Assembly (NCBI GenBank): GCA_963707985.1
Contig: CAVPRW010000007.1
Location: 96,001 to 160,000, forward strand
DNA length: 64,000 nt
Source: an uncultured Nitrospinota bacterium
GTDB lineage: Bacteria; Tectomicrobia; Entotheonellia; J063; CAVPRW01
Direction: 5' to 3'
The position numbers were made by a program, and so were the translations under genes. Within the stretch, counting starts at the first letter, position 1. Every line of letters begins with the position of its first letter. Shown here piece by piece: positions 40,852 through 52,233 of the stretch. The notes below the pieces were generated by a model. That model was not told where the DNA came from. It did not search any database and saw nothing but the letters and a program-made list of their open reading frames with translations.

Positions 40852-41075
40852 GCAGGGCTTGCGCCTGCCCTCCCCCACGAGTCCTACGGGGATGCTGTCC
40901 GTTTGCGACGGGCTCAACGGTTCCGCGCAGCATCCCCCTAGAGCTATCGACGCGTCTGGGGGTTGCGAGAGATACGCCGGCTCTTTCGGTCCAATCTTCT
41001 CTCCGGTCCTGCTGTGGTCTCCGCGGCAGGACATCCCCTGCAAGTACCAACTCAGGGCACCGAGGCAGGACCCTG

Positions 41076-42359
41076 TTACGCCTTCTCTAGTGCCTGAACC
41101 AGATCGTGAATCATATCATCTGAGCTCTCGAGTCCGACCGAGAGCCGAATCATCGCCTCGGTGATGCCACAGCGATCGAGATCGTCGCGGGCCATGTCGC
41201 TGTGCGTCATGCTCCGTGGATGTTCGATGAGCGACTCCGTGCCGCCGAGCGACACCGCGAGGTGACACAAGCGCACCGCGTCAAGGACGCGGTAGGCGGT
41301 GTCACGGGTGCCATCTTTGAGATGGAAGCTCATCACTGATCCAGGTCCGGAACACTGTTTCGTGTAGGTCGCATAAGCCACGCCATCGCTCGGCGTGAGG
41401 AGCCCGGGAAAGGAGATCTGTGCGATTTTCGGGTGCTGCTGCAGGGCAGTGGCGATCCTCATCGCTTTCTCCGCCTGGCGTTCCATACGGATCCACAACG
41501 TTTCGATGGAACGCGTGAGCATCCAGGTGGTATCAGGGGCGACCGTTGAGCCGAGGATCGTGCGATAGTCGAGGATCGGACGCATGAGCTCGGCTGATGT
41601 GGTCAGTGCGATCCCTGCCAGCAGGTCGCTGTGCCCCCCGATGAACTTCGTGGCGGAGTAAAGGACGAGGTCAGCGCCGTGCAGGAAGGGCCTCTGGAAC
41701 ACCGGCCCGAGGAACGTGTTGTCCACCGCCATGATCGTCCCGAGTCCACCGTGGCGACGCACGAGCCCCGTGACGGCCTCGATATCGGTCAAAACCAGCG
41801 TCGGGTTCGCTGGGGTTTCGAGGAAGACCATGTCAAAGGGGCCGTTGGTCTGGAGCATCTGCTCTGTGTGCGCGAGGTTGCTCGTGTCCACACAGAAGGT
41901 CGTGATGCCGAAACGCTCCGGGCATAGATGCTTGAGGAAGAAATACGTCCCACCATACACCGGATCGCTGTAGAGAATCCGTCCCCCGTGGGGTACAAGG
42001 GCAAGGATTGCCGTCGTGATGGCACCCATGCCAGAGGGGAATGCCGCCGCATGCGTAGCGTTGGCTTCCAAGGCCACCATTTTGTCTTCGAAGATCTCCG
42101 TGTTGGGGTTGTTCAATCGCGAGTAGACCAGACCGGGGTCTTGACCGTCATCGCCGGGGAGGTGATACGCGCGCTCGAAAAATTTTGCGCCCTCCGATGC
42201 ACTGCTGAATTGAAAGGTCGAAGTCCGGAATACTGGCGGCTTCACGGCATTCTCGGATAGTCTGGCGCGGTATCCGGCATGGATAACGGCCGTGGATGGA
42301 TGGAAGTCGCGGAGCGGATCCTTGTAATCGGGGTCTTGGTGGTTCTGGTCTTGTGTCAT
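41076..42359 (-). CDS. PLP-dependent Cys/Met metabolism enzyme (methionine gamma-lyase/cystathionine gamma-synthase family)
   Basis: YSRLNNPN, ETPANPT, DNTF, SATKFIGGHSD, LAVSLGGTESL, RLSVGLE. Confidence 0.9.
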   Translation of the reverse strand: MTQDQNHQDPDYKDPLRDFHPSTAVIHAGYRARLSENAVKPPVFRTSTFQFSSASEGAKFFERAYHLPGDDGQDPGLVYSRLNNPNTEIFEDKMVALEANATHAAAFPSGMGAITTAILALVPHGGRILYSDPVYGGTYFFLKHLCPERFGITTFCVDTSNLAHTEQMLQTNGPFDMVFLETPANPTLVLTDIEAVTGLVRRHGGLGTIMAVDNTFLGPVFQRPFLHGADLVLYSATKFIGGHSDLLAGIALTTSAELMRPILDYRTILGSTVAPDTTWMLTRSIETLWIRMERQAEKAMRIATALQQHPKIAQISFPGLLTPSDGVAYATYTKQCSGPGSVMSFHLKDGTRDTAYRVLDAVRLCHLAVSLGGTESLIEHPRSMTHSDMARDDLDRCGITEAMIRLSVGLESSDDMIHDLVQALEKA

Positions 42360-42876
42360 GGTGAAAGCCCAATGTTCTCGCCTCGGGAGACGTGGAGAGA
42401 AGGGACCGATGATGCGGTCCTCCCCCGCTCCCACGCATGCATGCGAACAGCAGGGCCGGTACCCGCAGGAAGCGATCATCGCCGGTCGCGAGCCGCTCTG
42501 CGCTGGAGCACGACGGCGGAAGCACCGGCCAGGCCTGCAGGAATTCCTGAGCTTATGATAGCCGAAATTGGCGAGCCGCGCTGCTGAGACGTACCTATTG
42601 ATGTTATCTGAGGGCTCCTGCCCACATCGATGGCACCGGAGCTGGCAATCATCGCCAGTTGGCCCGCACCGTACACATTCTTCGTTGACACGCCCTGCAA
42701 AGCCCACTACACTCGCCTCTACCACGCCTCAGACGGGATAGTTTCTCTCGTGTGGTCCATACTCAAAGATCTTTCGAGGGTCTACTCAAGGAAACCACCT
42801 TGACAATAGATGGACAGCTAAGATACATGTGAGCGCCTGCAGCATCTGGCGATCTTGTTTTTGACAAGGAGAACCC

Positions 42877-43815
42877 ATGAAAGTCGGATTTATTGGCCTG
42901 GGGACGATGGGCTCCAGCATGGCCCTCAATGTCCTCAAGGGCGGCCATGAGCTCGTCGTGCATGACATCAACCGAGAGGCTGTAGGGCTGCATCTCGAAT
43001 CGGGAGCCGCGTGGGCAGACACGCCCCAACAGGTGATGGAAGTCAGCGATGTCGTGTTCACCTCGTTACCTGGCCCCCCGGAAGTGCAAGCGGTCGCACT
43101 CGGCGAGAGCGGTTTGATACACGGAGTGCGCCCAGGCAAAGTGTACTTCGATCTGAGCACCAACTCGCCAACGCTGTTGCGCCATATCCATGCGGAGTTC
43201 GCCAAAGTCGGCGCGCATGTCCTGGACGCTCCGGTCAGCGGCGGCCCCAGAGGCGCCCGCAGCGGCCGGCTGGCCATCTGGGTTGGTGGAGACAAGGCGA
43301 TTTACGACCAGTATCAACCCGTGCTCGACGCCATTGGGGATAAACCGTACTACGTCGGCCCCATCGGCGCAGGTTCCATCGCCAAACTTGTGCACAACTG
43401 CACCGGTTACATCATCCAAACGGCGATGGCCGAGACGTTTAGCATGGGGATTAAAGCTGGAGTCGACCCATTGGTGCTGTGGCAGGCCGTGCGCCAAGGG
43501 GCACTAGGCCGCCGGCAGACCTTCGACAGCCTGACGGAGCACTTCTTGCCAGGCCATTTTGACCCGCCAGACTTCGCTCTCCGGCTAGCCCGTAAGGACG
43601 TGTCCCTGGCGGTCGAAGTGGGCCGGGAGTTCGATGTGCCGATGCGCCTCGCCAACCTGACGTATGCAGAGCTGACGGAGGCTATGAACCGGGGATGGGG
43701 CCAACGCGATTCCCGGGTCGCCATGCTCTTGCAAGAAGAGCGGGCCAGGGTCAACGTGCAGGTGCCTCAGGAGAAAATCCAGGAGATCCTGGATAGCGAC
43801 CGAGCCGGCGCCTAA
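42877..43815 (+). CDS. beta-hydroxyacid dehydrogenase family NAD(P)-dependent oxidoreductase
   Basis: GFIGLGTMG, LDAPVSGG, AKLVHN. Confidence 0.92.
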   Translation: MKVGFIGLGTMGSSMALNVLKGGHELVVHDINREAVGLHLESGAAWADTPQQVMEVSDVVFTSLPGPPEVQAVALGESGLIHGVRPGKVYFDLSTNSPTLLRHIHAEFAKVGAHVLDAPVSGGPRGARSGRLAIWVGGDKAIYDQYQPVLDAIGDKPYYVGPIGAGSIAKLVHNCTGYIIQTAMAETFSMGIKAGVDPLVLWQAVRQGALGRRQTFDSLTEHFLPGHFDPPDFALRLARKDVSLAVEVGREFDVPMRLANLTYAELTEAMNRGWGQRDSRVAMLLQEERARVNVQVPQEKIQEILDSDRAGA

Positions 43816-43978
43816 CCCCCTCCTCACCGTTCGCTGGGTGCTGGGCCGGAGGTGCCGTGCCATCATCCTCGGGGCATCGCCATGATCAGCTCCGCCTGAT
43901 TGCTCTTCGTTTGGGCATGCACCCGGTCCGCATCTAGCTGACGGTGCACACATGGATTGCACCAGCCGCCGTCGATAC

Positions 43979-45436
43979 TCATCGTGGTAACTGCGAGACG
44001 TCGGCGCAAACCCTCTCAACCTCTTCGATGGTTTTGGGTGCCCCGCTGGTTAAGATTTCGTTGCCGCGTTCCGTGATGAGCACGTCGTCCTCGATCCGAA
44101 TGCCAATGCCACGAAACTCTGGTGGGATGGGGTGGGTGATCTTCGGCGCCTGCTCCTGCTCCTCCCTTTCGAGCTTGCTGGCGACAGCCAGGCCCAACCG
44201 ATCGCGTCGCTCCCGAATCTCGACGTCGCAGTATTCGCGCAGCGCATAAGTCGCCACCTCGCGCGCCGGATCGAAATACAACCCTGGCTCGACCGTCAGC
44301 ACCATACCCGGCTCAAGCACGCGTGATTGGCGGTCGAGGCGATAGTCTCCGACATCGTGTACGTCCATGCCGAGCCAGTGACCCGTCGAGTGCATGTAGA
44401 ATTCGCGCTCATGATGCATCGCCAGCGACTCCTCCACGCTCCGCGGCAGGACGCCGAGCGCCACGAGCCCTTCCGTCAGCACACGCCGCGCCGCGTCGTG
44501 AATGGCCTCATAACGGTTCCCAGGTTGCGCCACGGCGATGGCGGCGAGCTGTGCCTTCAGCACGAGCTCGTAAATCGCCCGCTGGGCAGCCGTGAAGCGG
44601 CCATTGACGGGGAACGTCCGCGTAATGTCCGCGGCATAATAGCCGTACTCGCAGCCGGCATCGATGAGCAACAGATCACCATCTTCCATGCGGCGGTTAT
44701 TCTCCGTATAGTGGAGGATACAGGCGTTCGGACCAGACGCGACAATCGACGGATAGGCGTTACGGGGAGAGCCATGGCGGCGGAAGACAAATTCGAGGGC
44801 AGCTTGGACCTCATATTCGTACATACCCGGCCTCGCGTAGCGCATGGCTTCGATATGCGCCTCAGACGCAATCTCGCAGGATCGCCGATGACGCGCCAGT
44901 TCGGTGGTCGATCGACGTAGACGAAGCTCATGAATGATCGGACTCGGATCCGCGAGGCGGACCGGCACAGTCTGACCGCGGGTCTTCACGGGTCGGAGCC
45001 CGGTCACGAGTTGGATCAGCTTCTGATCGTACGCGGCATCCCCCAGTTGGTAGTAGATCGTGGCGCAGCCGATGGCGTACTGCCGGAGCTTCTGATCTAG
45101 CTGATCAATGGGATAGGCCGCGTCGGCACCGTACGTGGCGATAGCCCCCTCTGTGCCTGCACGGTGCCCATTCCATATCTCCATTTCCCGGTCCCGCGGT
45201 CGTACGAAGAGCACGAAGCGTTCCTTGGCATTCGCGGGATTGATCACGGCCACCGCATCGGCCTCGTCAAAGCCGGTCAAAAAGAAGAAATCTGAGTTCT
45301 GACGGAATTCGTAGTGGACATCATGGTTCCGCGCCACCTCTTGAGAGCCAGGGATGATCGCCAGTCCTTCACCGATAGACTCGGCAAAGCGCTGGCGCCG
45401 CTCGATAAATGGCGTTGCATCGAATGATGGTCGCAT
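43979..45436 (-). CDS. pepP: Xaa-Pro aminopeptidase
   Basis: FRQNSDFFFLTG, LIDAGCE..DITRTFP, GHWLGMDVHD, TVEPGLY, GIRIEDD. Confidence 0.92.
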   Translation of the reverse strand: MRPSFDATPFIERRQRFAESIGEGLAIIPGSQEVARNHDVHYEFRQNSDFFFLTGFDEADAVAVINPANAKERFVLFVRPRDREMEIWNGHRAGTEGAIATYGADAAYPIDQLDQKLRQYAIGCATIYYQLGDAAYDQKLIQLVTGLRPVKTRGQTVPVRLADPSPIIHELRLRRSTTELARHRRSCEIASEAHIEAMRYARPGMYEYEVQAALEFVFRRHGSPRNAYPSIVASGPNACILHYTENNRRMEDGDLLLIDAGCEYGYYAADITRTFPVNGRFTAAQRAIYELVLKAQLAAIAVAQPGNRYEAIHDAARRVLTEGLVALGVLPRSVEESLAMHHEREFYMHSTGHWLGMDVHDVGDYRLDRQSRVLEPGMVLTVEPGLYFDPAREVATYALREYCDVEIRERRDRLGLAVASKLEREEQEQAPKITHPIPPEFRGIGIRIEDDVLITERGNEILTSGAPKTIEEVERVCADVSQLPR

Positions 45437-45904
45437 CGCTTTCTCTCTCCTCACCAATCCCTCTGTCTCCTCGAATTGTCCTACCGCTTTCCATACGAAC
45501 GGAGCCGATGTTCCGACTCTTGGCCACTGTTGATCCTGATTGTCGCCGAGGCGGGAAAGTCAGCCTCCAACACGGGTCGTTGGTTCCCGGGATTCTGAGC
45601 ATACACGTTGTGTTCTCAGGTGTCCAGCGCACTGGAGGCCTGGCTAGGGTCAGGCAAGATCGCACTGGACTGCGGCAGTATCATGAACCGTCCTCGGAGT
45701 GGATTTTCTGTCGCATCCTACGGCAAGGCTTGCGACTTTCCTTCGCGCCAGCGTATGATATAGTGTACGATCTTCCCAATCACACGCTCCTGTGGAGAAC
45801 TGCAGATAGGTTATGCTGCAGTCAGTCCTCAATTCATCTTCCCTGATGCGTCATCGACTTCGCCCTCATAAGGGCATCCGACTCGCCTAGACCTGGGTGA
45901 TAGC

Positions 45905-46711
45905 TTGGCCACACTGAAAATTGACGATACCGAAATAGCCTATGAAACAGAAGGTGAGGGGGTTGCTCTCGTCTTTATCCATGAAGCGGCGACTGATCAA
46001 CGCATTTGGCAGCACCAGCGCACATTCTTTCGCCAGCGGTATCGAGCCATTAGCATCGACATCTTGGGACATGGCCGGGGGGCATGGCCGCCGCAGGACA
46101 TCGCCATCGCGCAGGCAGCCCGCCGTGTCGCGCAACTTATGGAACGGCTGGGCAGCGGTCCGGCGTTTATCATTGGGGTTTCCATGGGGGCGGCCGTGGC
46201 GATGCGCATGGCTTTCGAAGCCCCAGCGCTGGTGCGTGGACTCGGGCTCGTCAGTCCTTGGAGTTCTGCTCGTGGGGATCTGCAAAGTCTGATCAATCGC
46301 CTGTTTCGCCTTGCGGAAGCGGGTGACATGGCCGCCCATGCCGACCTGTTGTTGCGTTATGGCTTCCCCATCACCGCTTCAGCATTGCATATGGTCGAGA
46401 TGGCGCGGGTGCGTGCTCTGATTCTGGAGCAGGACGCCTGGGCGGTGGCGTATACCTGGGTGGCATGTCTCGCCTGCGATCTGCGGGCGGAGGTGGCGCA
46501 GATCAAAGCTCCGAGCCTGATTATCGCCGGGTTGAACGATCTGTTCGCACCCCCCTATCTGGCGCGAGGGGTTGCTGAAGGTCTAGCGGAGGTGGAATTG
46601 GAGATTTGGGAGGAGACCGGTCATTTCCCCTTTCTGGAGGACCACGAGCGATTCAATCGGCGGCTCGATCTTTTTTTTCAGCGTTGTCTGCGGTCGACCG
46701 AATCAGCCTAA
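45905..46711 (+). CDS. alpha/beta hydrolase
   Basis: GVSMG nucleophile elbow, GLNDL, GHFP. Confidence 0.85.
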   Translation: MATLKIDDTEIAYETEGEGVALVFIHEAATDQRIWQHQRTFFRQRYRAISIDILGHGRGAWPPQDIAIAQAARRVAQLMERLGSGPAFIIGVSMGAAVAMRMAFEAPALVRGLGLVSPWSSARGDLQSLINRLFRLAEAGDMAAHADLLLRYGFPITASALHMVEMARVRALILEQDAWAVAYTWVACLACDLRAEVAQIKAPSLIIAGLNDLFAPPYLARGVAEGLAEVELEIWEETGHFPFLEDHERFNRRLDLFFQRCLRSTESA

Positions 46712-47346
46712 TCAAGCGCTGCATGTCTGGAGAAGGTCCGCTGGCTCGCGGGTGCTGCGAGGCCAAGCGCCGGGCTTATGGACGGCCTATCTTACGCCGC
46801 AAGAACCTTGAGAAGTGCAAGTGACCCTCGATCATGGCCACCAATCCGACAATCAGCGCCAACGTTCCTGAGAAAAGCAAAAAACCTTGCACTGCGGTCT
46901 CCTTCGCGCCTAGGCTAAGGCGCATACCTGAGACGATGCAGTCCCCCGAGAGCAAGTACTCCGGCGAGGGCCTGGGCTCGTCGTGTGATGATCTAGCAGA
47001 GCAAGCGGTGTGCCAGCAGGCATCCCTGTTAACGCCCTGGGGATCGAAGCCATGTGCCTGGCCCTGCACGTGGTGTTGGGATCAACGCCCTTGATAGTCG
47101 CCGCACCAGCTCGTTCGTTGCACATCTCTGACCAGGCAGAAAGGTTTCCCCCCGGCAGATGCTGCCAAGCAGCCTTCAAACGCTCCCACCCGCAGTTCGT
47201 CCCTGAATTTCTCTTGCCTTCGTTGATGGGTTTGACTATAGTTAGCCGCAATTTGAACGGCATCGTTCTTTGACATTCGAACCGGGAATTGCCGAGAGAG
47301 TGGCGCCGTAGCCTCTGGTCGGGGGGCAGCTTGGAGGAAGCGACGT

Positions 47347-48057
47347 ATGAGCCCCTTTATCAGTGGGAAGGATCTTGAAGATCGCCTGAAATCACGACTG
47401 AAGGAAATGGGCTGCCTGATCGAGTCCAAGGAAAAATACGATCATGAGTTCAAATTAGATTTCATGGTGTATCGACTTGCGGGCTTCGAGAAGCCCTTAC
47501 CGATTTCGGTGGGGGTACAAGTCACAGCGGATACAGATGATCTAGAGAAACAGCGGGAGTTTCTCGAAGTCCAGCGACGGCTTCGCCCGGTACAAAAGAG
47601 CATCTATTTGGCCCTCGACAGCCAATTAGACGTCGAGGGGGGCGGTGAGTACGCAGTCTTTGTGGCACTGGGGGCTTGTATTTTCGACCGTTCCAATCGC
47701 GACAAGCGGGTCATCGGGGTGCGTATTTACCGTGATTTTTCCTTCGAAATGTTTGACGTCGAAGATAACTTGAAAGGCGCAAAGTCTTTCCGAATAGAGT
47801 CCGATGGTCAGCAGATCTGGCTTGAAGGCCGTATCAATTACTATAAACGCCTCGAGAGGTTTGGGTTTATCGGGTGGGATGGTGCGCCCGATTTTTGGTT
47901 CAGCCGGGATCACGTGGAGGATCCTGATCTGCTGAATATCCTAGATAATCCAGACTTATATGTGAGTGGCACACCAATCGTTTTTCAGAATGCTGGCATT
48001 ACCAGAGATGGGGAAAAACGCCCCACGGCTATCCGCATTCGTCTGAATAAACCATAG
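47347..48057 (+). CDS. hypothetical protein: restriction-endonuclease-like N-terminus and cold-shock/OB-fold C-terminus
   Basis: GKDLED..LDF..GVQVT; GRINYYK..RFGFI..DFWFSRDHV; RBS GGAGG. Confidence 0.55.
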   Translation: MSPFISGKDLEDRLKSRLKEMGCLIESKEKYDHEFKLDFMVYRLAGFEKPLPISVGVQVTADTDDLEKQREFLEVQRRLRPVQKSIYLALDSQLDVEGGGEYAVFVALGACIFDRSNRDKRVIGVRIYRDFSFEMFDVEDNLKGAKSFRIESDGQQIWLEGRINYYKRLERFGFIGWDGAPDFWFSRDHVEDPDLLNILDNPDLYVSGTPIVFQNAGITRDGEKRPTAIRIRLNKP

Positions 48058-48153
48058 ACAGCCCGAGACAGATGGGCGGACCTCCTCTCGGCATCATGAG
48101 AGACGGGCATACTCCCGCTGGGCGCCGCGCACTTGGCGCGGTGTGGATCCTGG

Positions 48154-48420
48154 TCAGCGATCCCAATCGGCGATCAACTCATCGATCTCTTGGCTGGTCT
48201 CAGCCATACGTTCTTCCTTCAGTTCTTCGAGCAGCGGATTCTCCGAGGCTTTAAGCTCGATATTTTCGAGCACACTTGCCTCGATCTCCCGCAGAAGGCC
48301 AACCACATCGGCCCGGTTAAACGTGCCGAACTCTCCCGCCTTCAGCCGCATCACGAACTCGCGTAAGCTGATGAGCTCTTCCATACACCAACGCTCATAC
48401 AATCCCCACAAGTGATCCAT
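48154..48420 (-). CDS. small acidic helical hypothetical protein
   Basis: Natural-looking ORF after RBS-like AAGGGAG. Confidence 0.55.
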   Translation of the reverse strand: MDHLWGLYERWCMEELISLREFVMRLKAGEFGTFNRADVVGLLREIEASVLENIELKASENPLLEELKEERMAETSQEIDELIADWDR

Positions 48421-48708
48421 AGTTCTCCCTTTCTCGGTGCTACCACAGGCGATCCTCTCCCAGTCATGGGACTCCCGAGTTGCCCGTCCAAGAGGCGGTG
48501 CACCGAGTTGGTCATCCTCACGAGCGCTCCAGAGATTGGAGAGAACCCCTCCCCGTCTTCTGCGCTTGAATTGATCCATCGCTGACACATCTCTTAGCAT
48601 ATTGTCAAGCCTCATCTTACAGGATGTGTTCCCATCCCAATTACCGCTCTACCGCGGTAATGCGGGTGTAGGATAACGATTGCACGGTTTTACAGGGGAG
48701 GGCTTAGG

Positions 48709-49077
48709 ATGCGTATGTTGTCGATCATTGGTCTGCTCATTGGGTTGCTAGCTGGCTTCTTGCTCAGCGGTCAGGTGGCGATCTCTCAGGAGGAGCCCTT
48801 CCCCACGTTAACTCCGGAGGGGCGTGGAAGGTTCCAGATCGCCGGGCATTCGACGTATCCCCCCTTATTATTAGACAGTGAAACGGGTACCTCATGGATT
48901 TTGATGTCGGAATCGGACGGCGAGGAACGCCGCTGGTTCTGGGAGCCGATCGAAATCGGTGCGCTGGAGTCGAGCCCGCCACCGGGCAGGGGGCGTGACA
49001 TCGTACGGATGCAGGTACCGCCTCGACGCTCCCAGCGCCAGGTCGCAGCTTCGAAAACACGATCATTTACCTGGTAA
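48709..49077 (+). CDS. exported hypothetical protein
   Basis: Signal peptide, LLDSETGTSW motif, RBS GGAGG. Confidence 0.6.
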   Translation: MRMLSIIGLLIGLLAGFLLSGQVAISQEEPFPTLTPEGRGRFQIAGHSTYPPLLLDSETGTSWILMSESDGEERRWFWEPIEIGALESSPPPGRGRDIVRMQVPPRRSQRQVAASKTRSFTW

Positions 49078-49132
49078 TCCAGTCATTGACAGCCCCTTGG
49101 CATTACCGTATAGTCGCTCCAGGAGTGTGAGC

Positions 49133-50050
49133 ATGGAAGTCAGCCCCTCGTATATTGTCCTCTCTCGAACAGGCGAGCTACAGCGGCGCATTGCTGAGCT
49201 GGAGCGGCTTGTGAGCCCCTGCACGTTGTGCCCACGGGACTGCCGGGTGCGGCGTTGCCATGGCGAACTTGGCCTGTGCAAGGCGGACGACCAGTTGCTG
49301 GTGGCGGCCGCCTTTCCCCATTTCGGGGAGGAACCACCATTGTCTGGGCAGCGAGGGTCTGGCACGATTTTTATCTCCCGGTGCAATCTGCTCTGTCAGT
49401 TCTGCCAGAGTTGGGAGGTCAACCATCGGGGCGAAGGGGAGCCCGTGAGCGTGCGGGAACTGGCGGAGATCATGCTAGAGTTGCAAGGTCGAGGCTGCCA
49501 CAATATCAACTTCGTCACGCCCACCCATTACACGCCGCAACTGATGGCGGCCCTGCCGTTGGCGATTGAGCAAGGCTTTCGCCTGCCGCTGGTGTATAAT
49601 TGTGGCGGCTACGAGTCATTGGAGGTGATTCGGCTCCTCGACGGCATCGTCGATATCTATCTCCCCGATATCAAGTTTCTTGATTCCTCTGCCAGCGAGC
49701 GCTACCTCGATGGGGCATGCGACTACCCCGAGGTGGTGCGCACGGTCGTCCAAGAGATGCACCGCCAGGTCGGTGACCTGCGGCTTGATGCGCATGGTAT
49801 CGCCCAGCGCGGCCTCATCGTCCGACATTTGGTGATGCCTGGTATGGCGCAAGATAGCCACGCGATCGTGCGGTTCATCGCCGAGGCGCTCTCCCCTCAA
49901 ACGTATGTCAACATCATGGACCAATATCGCCCCTGTTTTCAGGCTGGACGATCTCCAGAAATTGCCCGTCGCACGACGGCGGCGGAACATCAGGCCGTCG
50001 TGGAGATGGCCCGTGGACTTGGCCTGCACCGGGGCTTACCCATATCCTGA
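49133..50050 (+). CDS. radical SAM protein, PflX-like
   Basis: CTLCPRDC, HFGEEPP, CNLLCQFCQ, NINFVTPTH; promoter TTGACA-N17-TATAGT at 49086-49114. Confidence 0.9.
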   Translation: MEVSPSYIVLSRTGELQRRIAELERLVSPCTLCPRDCRVRRCHGELGLCKADDQLLVAAAFPHFGEEPPLSGQRGSGTIFISRCNLLCQFCQSWEVNHRGEGEPVSVRELAEIMLELQGRGCHNINFVTPTHYTPQLMAALPLAIEQGFRLPLVYNCGGYESLEVIRLLDGIVDIYLPDIKFLDSSASERYLDGACDYPEVVRTVVQEMHRQVGDLRLDAHGIAQRGLIVRHLVMPGMAQDSHAIVRFIAEALSPQTYVNIMDQYRPCFQAGRSPEIARRTTAAEHQAVVEMARGLGLHRGLPIS

Positions 50051-50056
50051 TAGACT

Positions 50057-52132
50057 ATGGCCAGAGCAAATCCGCTGACGACCATTCGCAATATCGGTAT
50101 TATCTCGCACATCGACGCCGGCAAGACCACGGTGACCGAGCGTATCTTGTTTTATACAGGCCTGTCGCATAAGTTGGGCGAAGTCCATGATGGAGAAGCC
50201 ACCACTGACTGGATGCCCCAGGAGCGTGAGCGTGGCATTAGCATCACCGCGGCCGCTGTGTCCACCCAATGGCGTGGCCATACGATTACCATCATTGACA
50301 CTCCTGGCCATGTGGACTTCACCATCGAAGTTGAACGCTCGCTGCGTGTGCTCGACGGCGCGGTGGCGATTTTTTGTGCCGTCGGCGGTGTCGAACCGCA
50401 ATCCGAGGCGGTCTGGCACCAGGCTGACAAATACCGCGTGCCACGCATCGCCTTTATCAATAAGATGGACCGCGTCGGGGCGGATTTTTTCGGCGTGCTG
50501 CAGGAGATGCGCGACAAGTTGGGGGCGCATCCCGTGCCGGTCCAGTTACCGCTTGGGCAAGAGGAAACCTTTACCGGGGTAATCGACCTCATCGACATGC
50601 AATGCTTTGTCTGGCATGACCAAGATCGCGGCATGAGCTTCGAGACGGCGCCGATCCCTGAGGCCATGCAGGAGACGGCAGAGCACCACCGAGAGCTGTT
50701 GGTCGAAGCCGTGGCGGAGACCGATGAGGATCTCCTCAACACCTACCTTTCAACAGGCTCTCTGTCGGGGGAAGAGATCCGGCGTGGCCTCCGCCTTGGC
50801 ACACTCAGCACCACGATTGTCCCCGTGCTCTGCGGGGCTGGGCTGCGGAACAAGGGCATCCAACCACTGTTAGATGCGGTCATCGAGTATCTTCCCGCTC
50901 CTCCTGACCTCCCCCCCGTGGCTGGCATCAATCCCAAAACCGGCGAACAGGTGTCTCGGGCCTGTGATCCCAACGCTCCCTTCGCGGCCCTGGCGTTCAA
51001 GATCAGCATGGATCAGGGCCGTAAGCTCACGTATTTCCGGATCTATTCGGGCAAGGCTGCCCCTGGTGCGCTGGTCTACGATGTCAATCGCAACCTCCAG
51101 GAACGCATCGCGCGCCTGTTCCGGATGTATGCCAACAAGCGCGAGCGCATCGATGAGGCGGTCGCCGGCGACATCGTGGCGGCCACCGGTCTGAAGGACA
51201 CCACAACCGGCGACACCTTGTGCGTCGAGACCCATCCCATCCAGCTCGAAACCATCGAATTTCCCGAACCGGTCATTTCGGTCGCCGTCGAACCCCGCAC
51301 CGTGGGGGATCAGGAGAAACTCTCGCTGGCACTAGAAAAACTCTCTGCCGAAGACCCCACCTTCCACGTCAAACTCGACGAAGAGACGGGGCAGACCATT
51401 CTCTGGGGCATGGGCGAGCTGCACCTGGATGTCATCACCAGACGGCTTGCGGAAGAATTCGGGGTAGGGGCTAAAGTCGGCAAACCGCAGGTGGTGTACC
51501 GAGAAACGATCACCCGAACGGTGACTGCCGAGGGGCGATTTGACCGTGAGATCGGCGACAAGCTGCAGACGGGCCATGTGGTCATCGAGCTGGCGCCGCT
51601 ACCGAACGGTTCAGGGGTGATCTTCGCTGCCGATGTGCCCGACGGAACTATTCCTTCGGAGCTCATCCCGAACATCGAGCAGAGCCTGCGACGGTCGGCC
51701 ATGGCAGGGGTGTTGGGCGGCTATCCGGTGGTCGACGTGCGAGTGACGTTGGCTGGCGGCTCGTTTGACAGCAATACCTCGACTGCCCTGGGATATGAGG
51801 TCGCCGCTGCCCAGGCATTCACCGAGGGCTGTCGAAAAGCCCAGCCCGTTCTGCTAGAGCCCATCATGGCCGTGGAGGTCGTCGTGCCCGAGGAGTTTCT
51901 GGGCGGCGTCATCAACGGCTTGTCGGCCCGCAAAGCGAGAATTGAGGGGATTACCCCGAAGCCCCGCGCCAAGGTCGTGGATGCCCTGGTGTCGCTCTCC
52001 AGGATGTTTGGTTACTCGACAGAGCTACGCTCGCTCAGCCAGGGGCGTGCGACCTTTTCCATGCATTTCGCGCGCTTCGATCGGGCCACTGAGCTGCCCC
52101 CTGGAGTTTCGCTCACCAGTCCCAGTGCATAA
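50057..52132 (+). CDS. fusA: elongation factor G paralogue (outside the str operon)
   Basis: [34 protein letters not shown]; domain IV tips divergent. Confidence 0.9.
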   Translation: MARANPLTTIRNIGIISHIDAGKTTVTERILFYTGLSHKLGEVHDGEATTDWMPQERERGISITAAAVSTQWRGHTITIIDTPGHVDFTIEVERSLRVLDGAVAIFCAVGGVEPQSEAVWHQADKYRVPRIAFINKMDRVGADFFGVLQEMRDKLGAHPVPVQLPLGQEETFTGVIDLIDMQCFVWHDQDRGMSFETAPIPEAMQETAEHHRELLVEAVAETDEDLLNTYLSTGSLSGEEIRRGLRLGTLSTTIVPVLCGAGLRNKGIQPLLDAVIEYLPAPPDLPPVAGINPKTGEQVSRACDPNAPFAALAFKISMDQGRKLTYFRIYSGKAAPGALVYDVNRNLQERIARLFRMYANKRERIDEAVAGDIVAATGLKDTTTGDTLCVETHPIQLETIEFPEPVISVAVEPRTVGDQEKLSLALEKLSAEDPTFHVKLDEETGQTILWGMGELHLDVITRRLAEEFGVGAKVGKPQVVYRETITRTVTAEGRFDREIGDKLQTGHVVIELAPLPNGSGVIFAADVPDGTIPSELIPNIEQSLRRSAMAGVLGGYPVVDVRVTLAGGSFDSNTSTALGYEVAAAQAFTEGCRKAQPVLLEPIMAVEVVVPEEFLGGVINGLSARKARIEGITPKPRAKVVDALVSLSRMFGYSTELRSLSQGRATFSMHFARFDRATELPPGVSLTSPSA

Positions 52133-52233
52133 CGACAGCCAGTCGTCGCCCCTGCACGCGTGCGCGGCAGCCGCCTGTTTTTTCCCCACGCCCCGTGGGC
52201 CAGGGATGAGCCTCAGTACCCAGACGATCGTGC

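Noticed and set aside
40066..41043. Long antisense ORFs (also 524-1378, 21103-21777, 56532-57401, 61110-61862)
   Set aside because: Shadow ORFs opposite well-supported genes in GC-rich DNA, with no family motifs
42360..42760. SAM riboswitch upstream of the Met/Cys PLP enzyme
   Set aside because: Could not find the SAM-I core motifs by eye; an Rfam/Infernal scan would be needed
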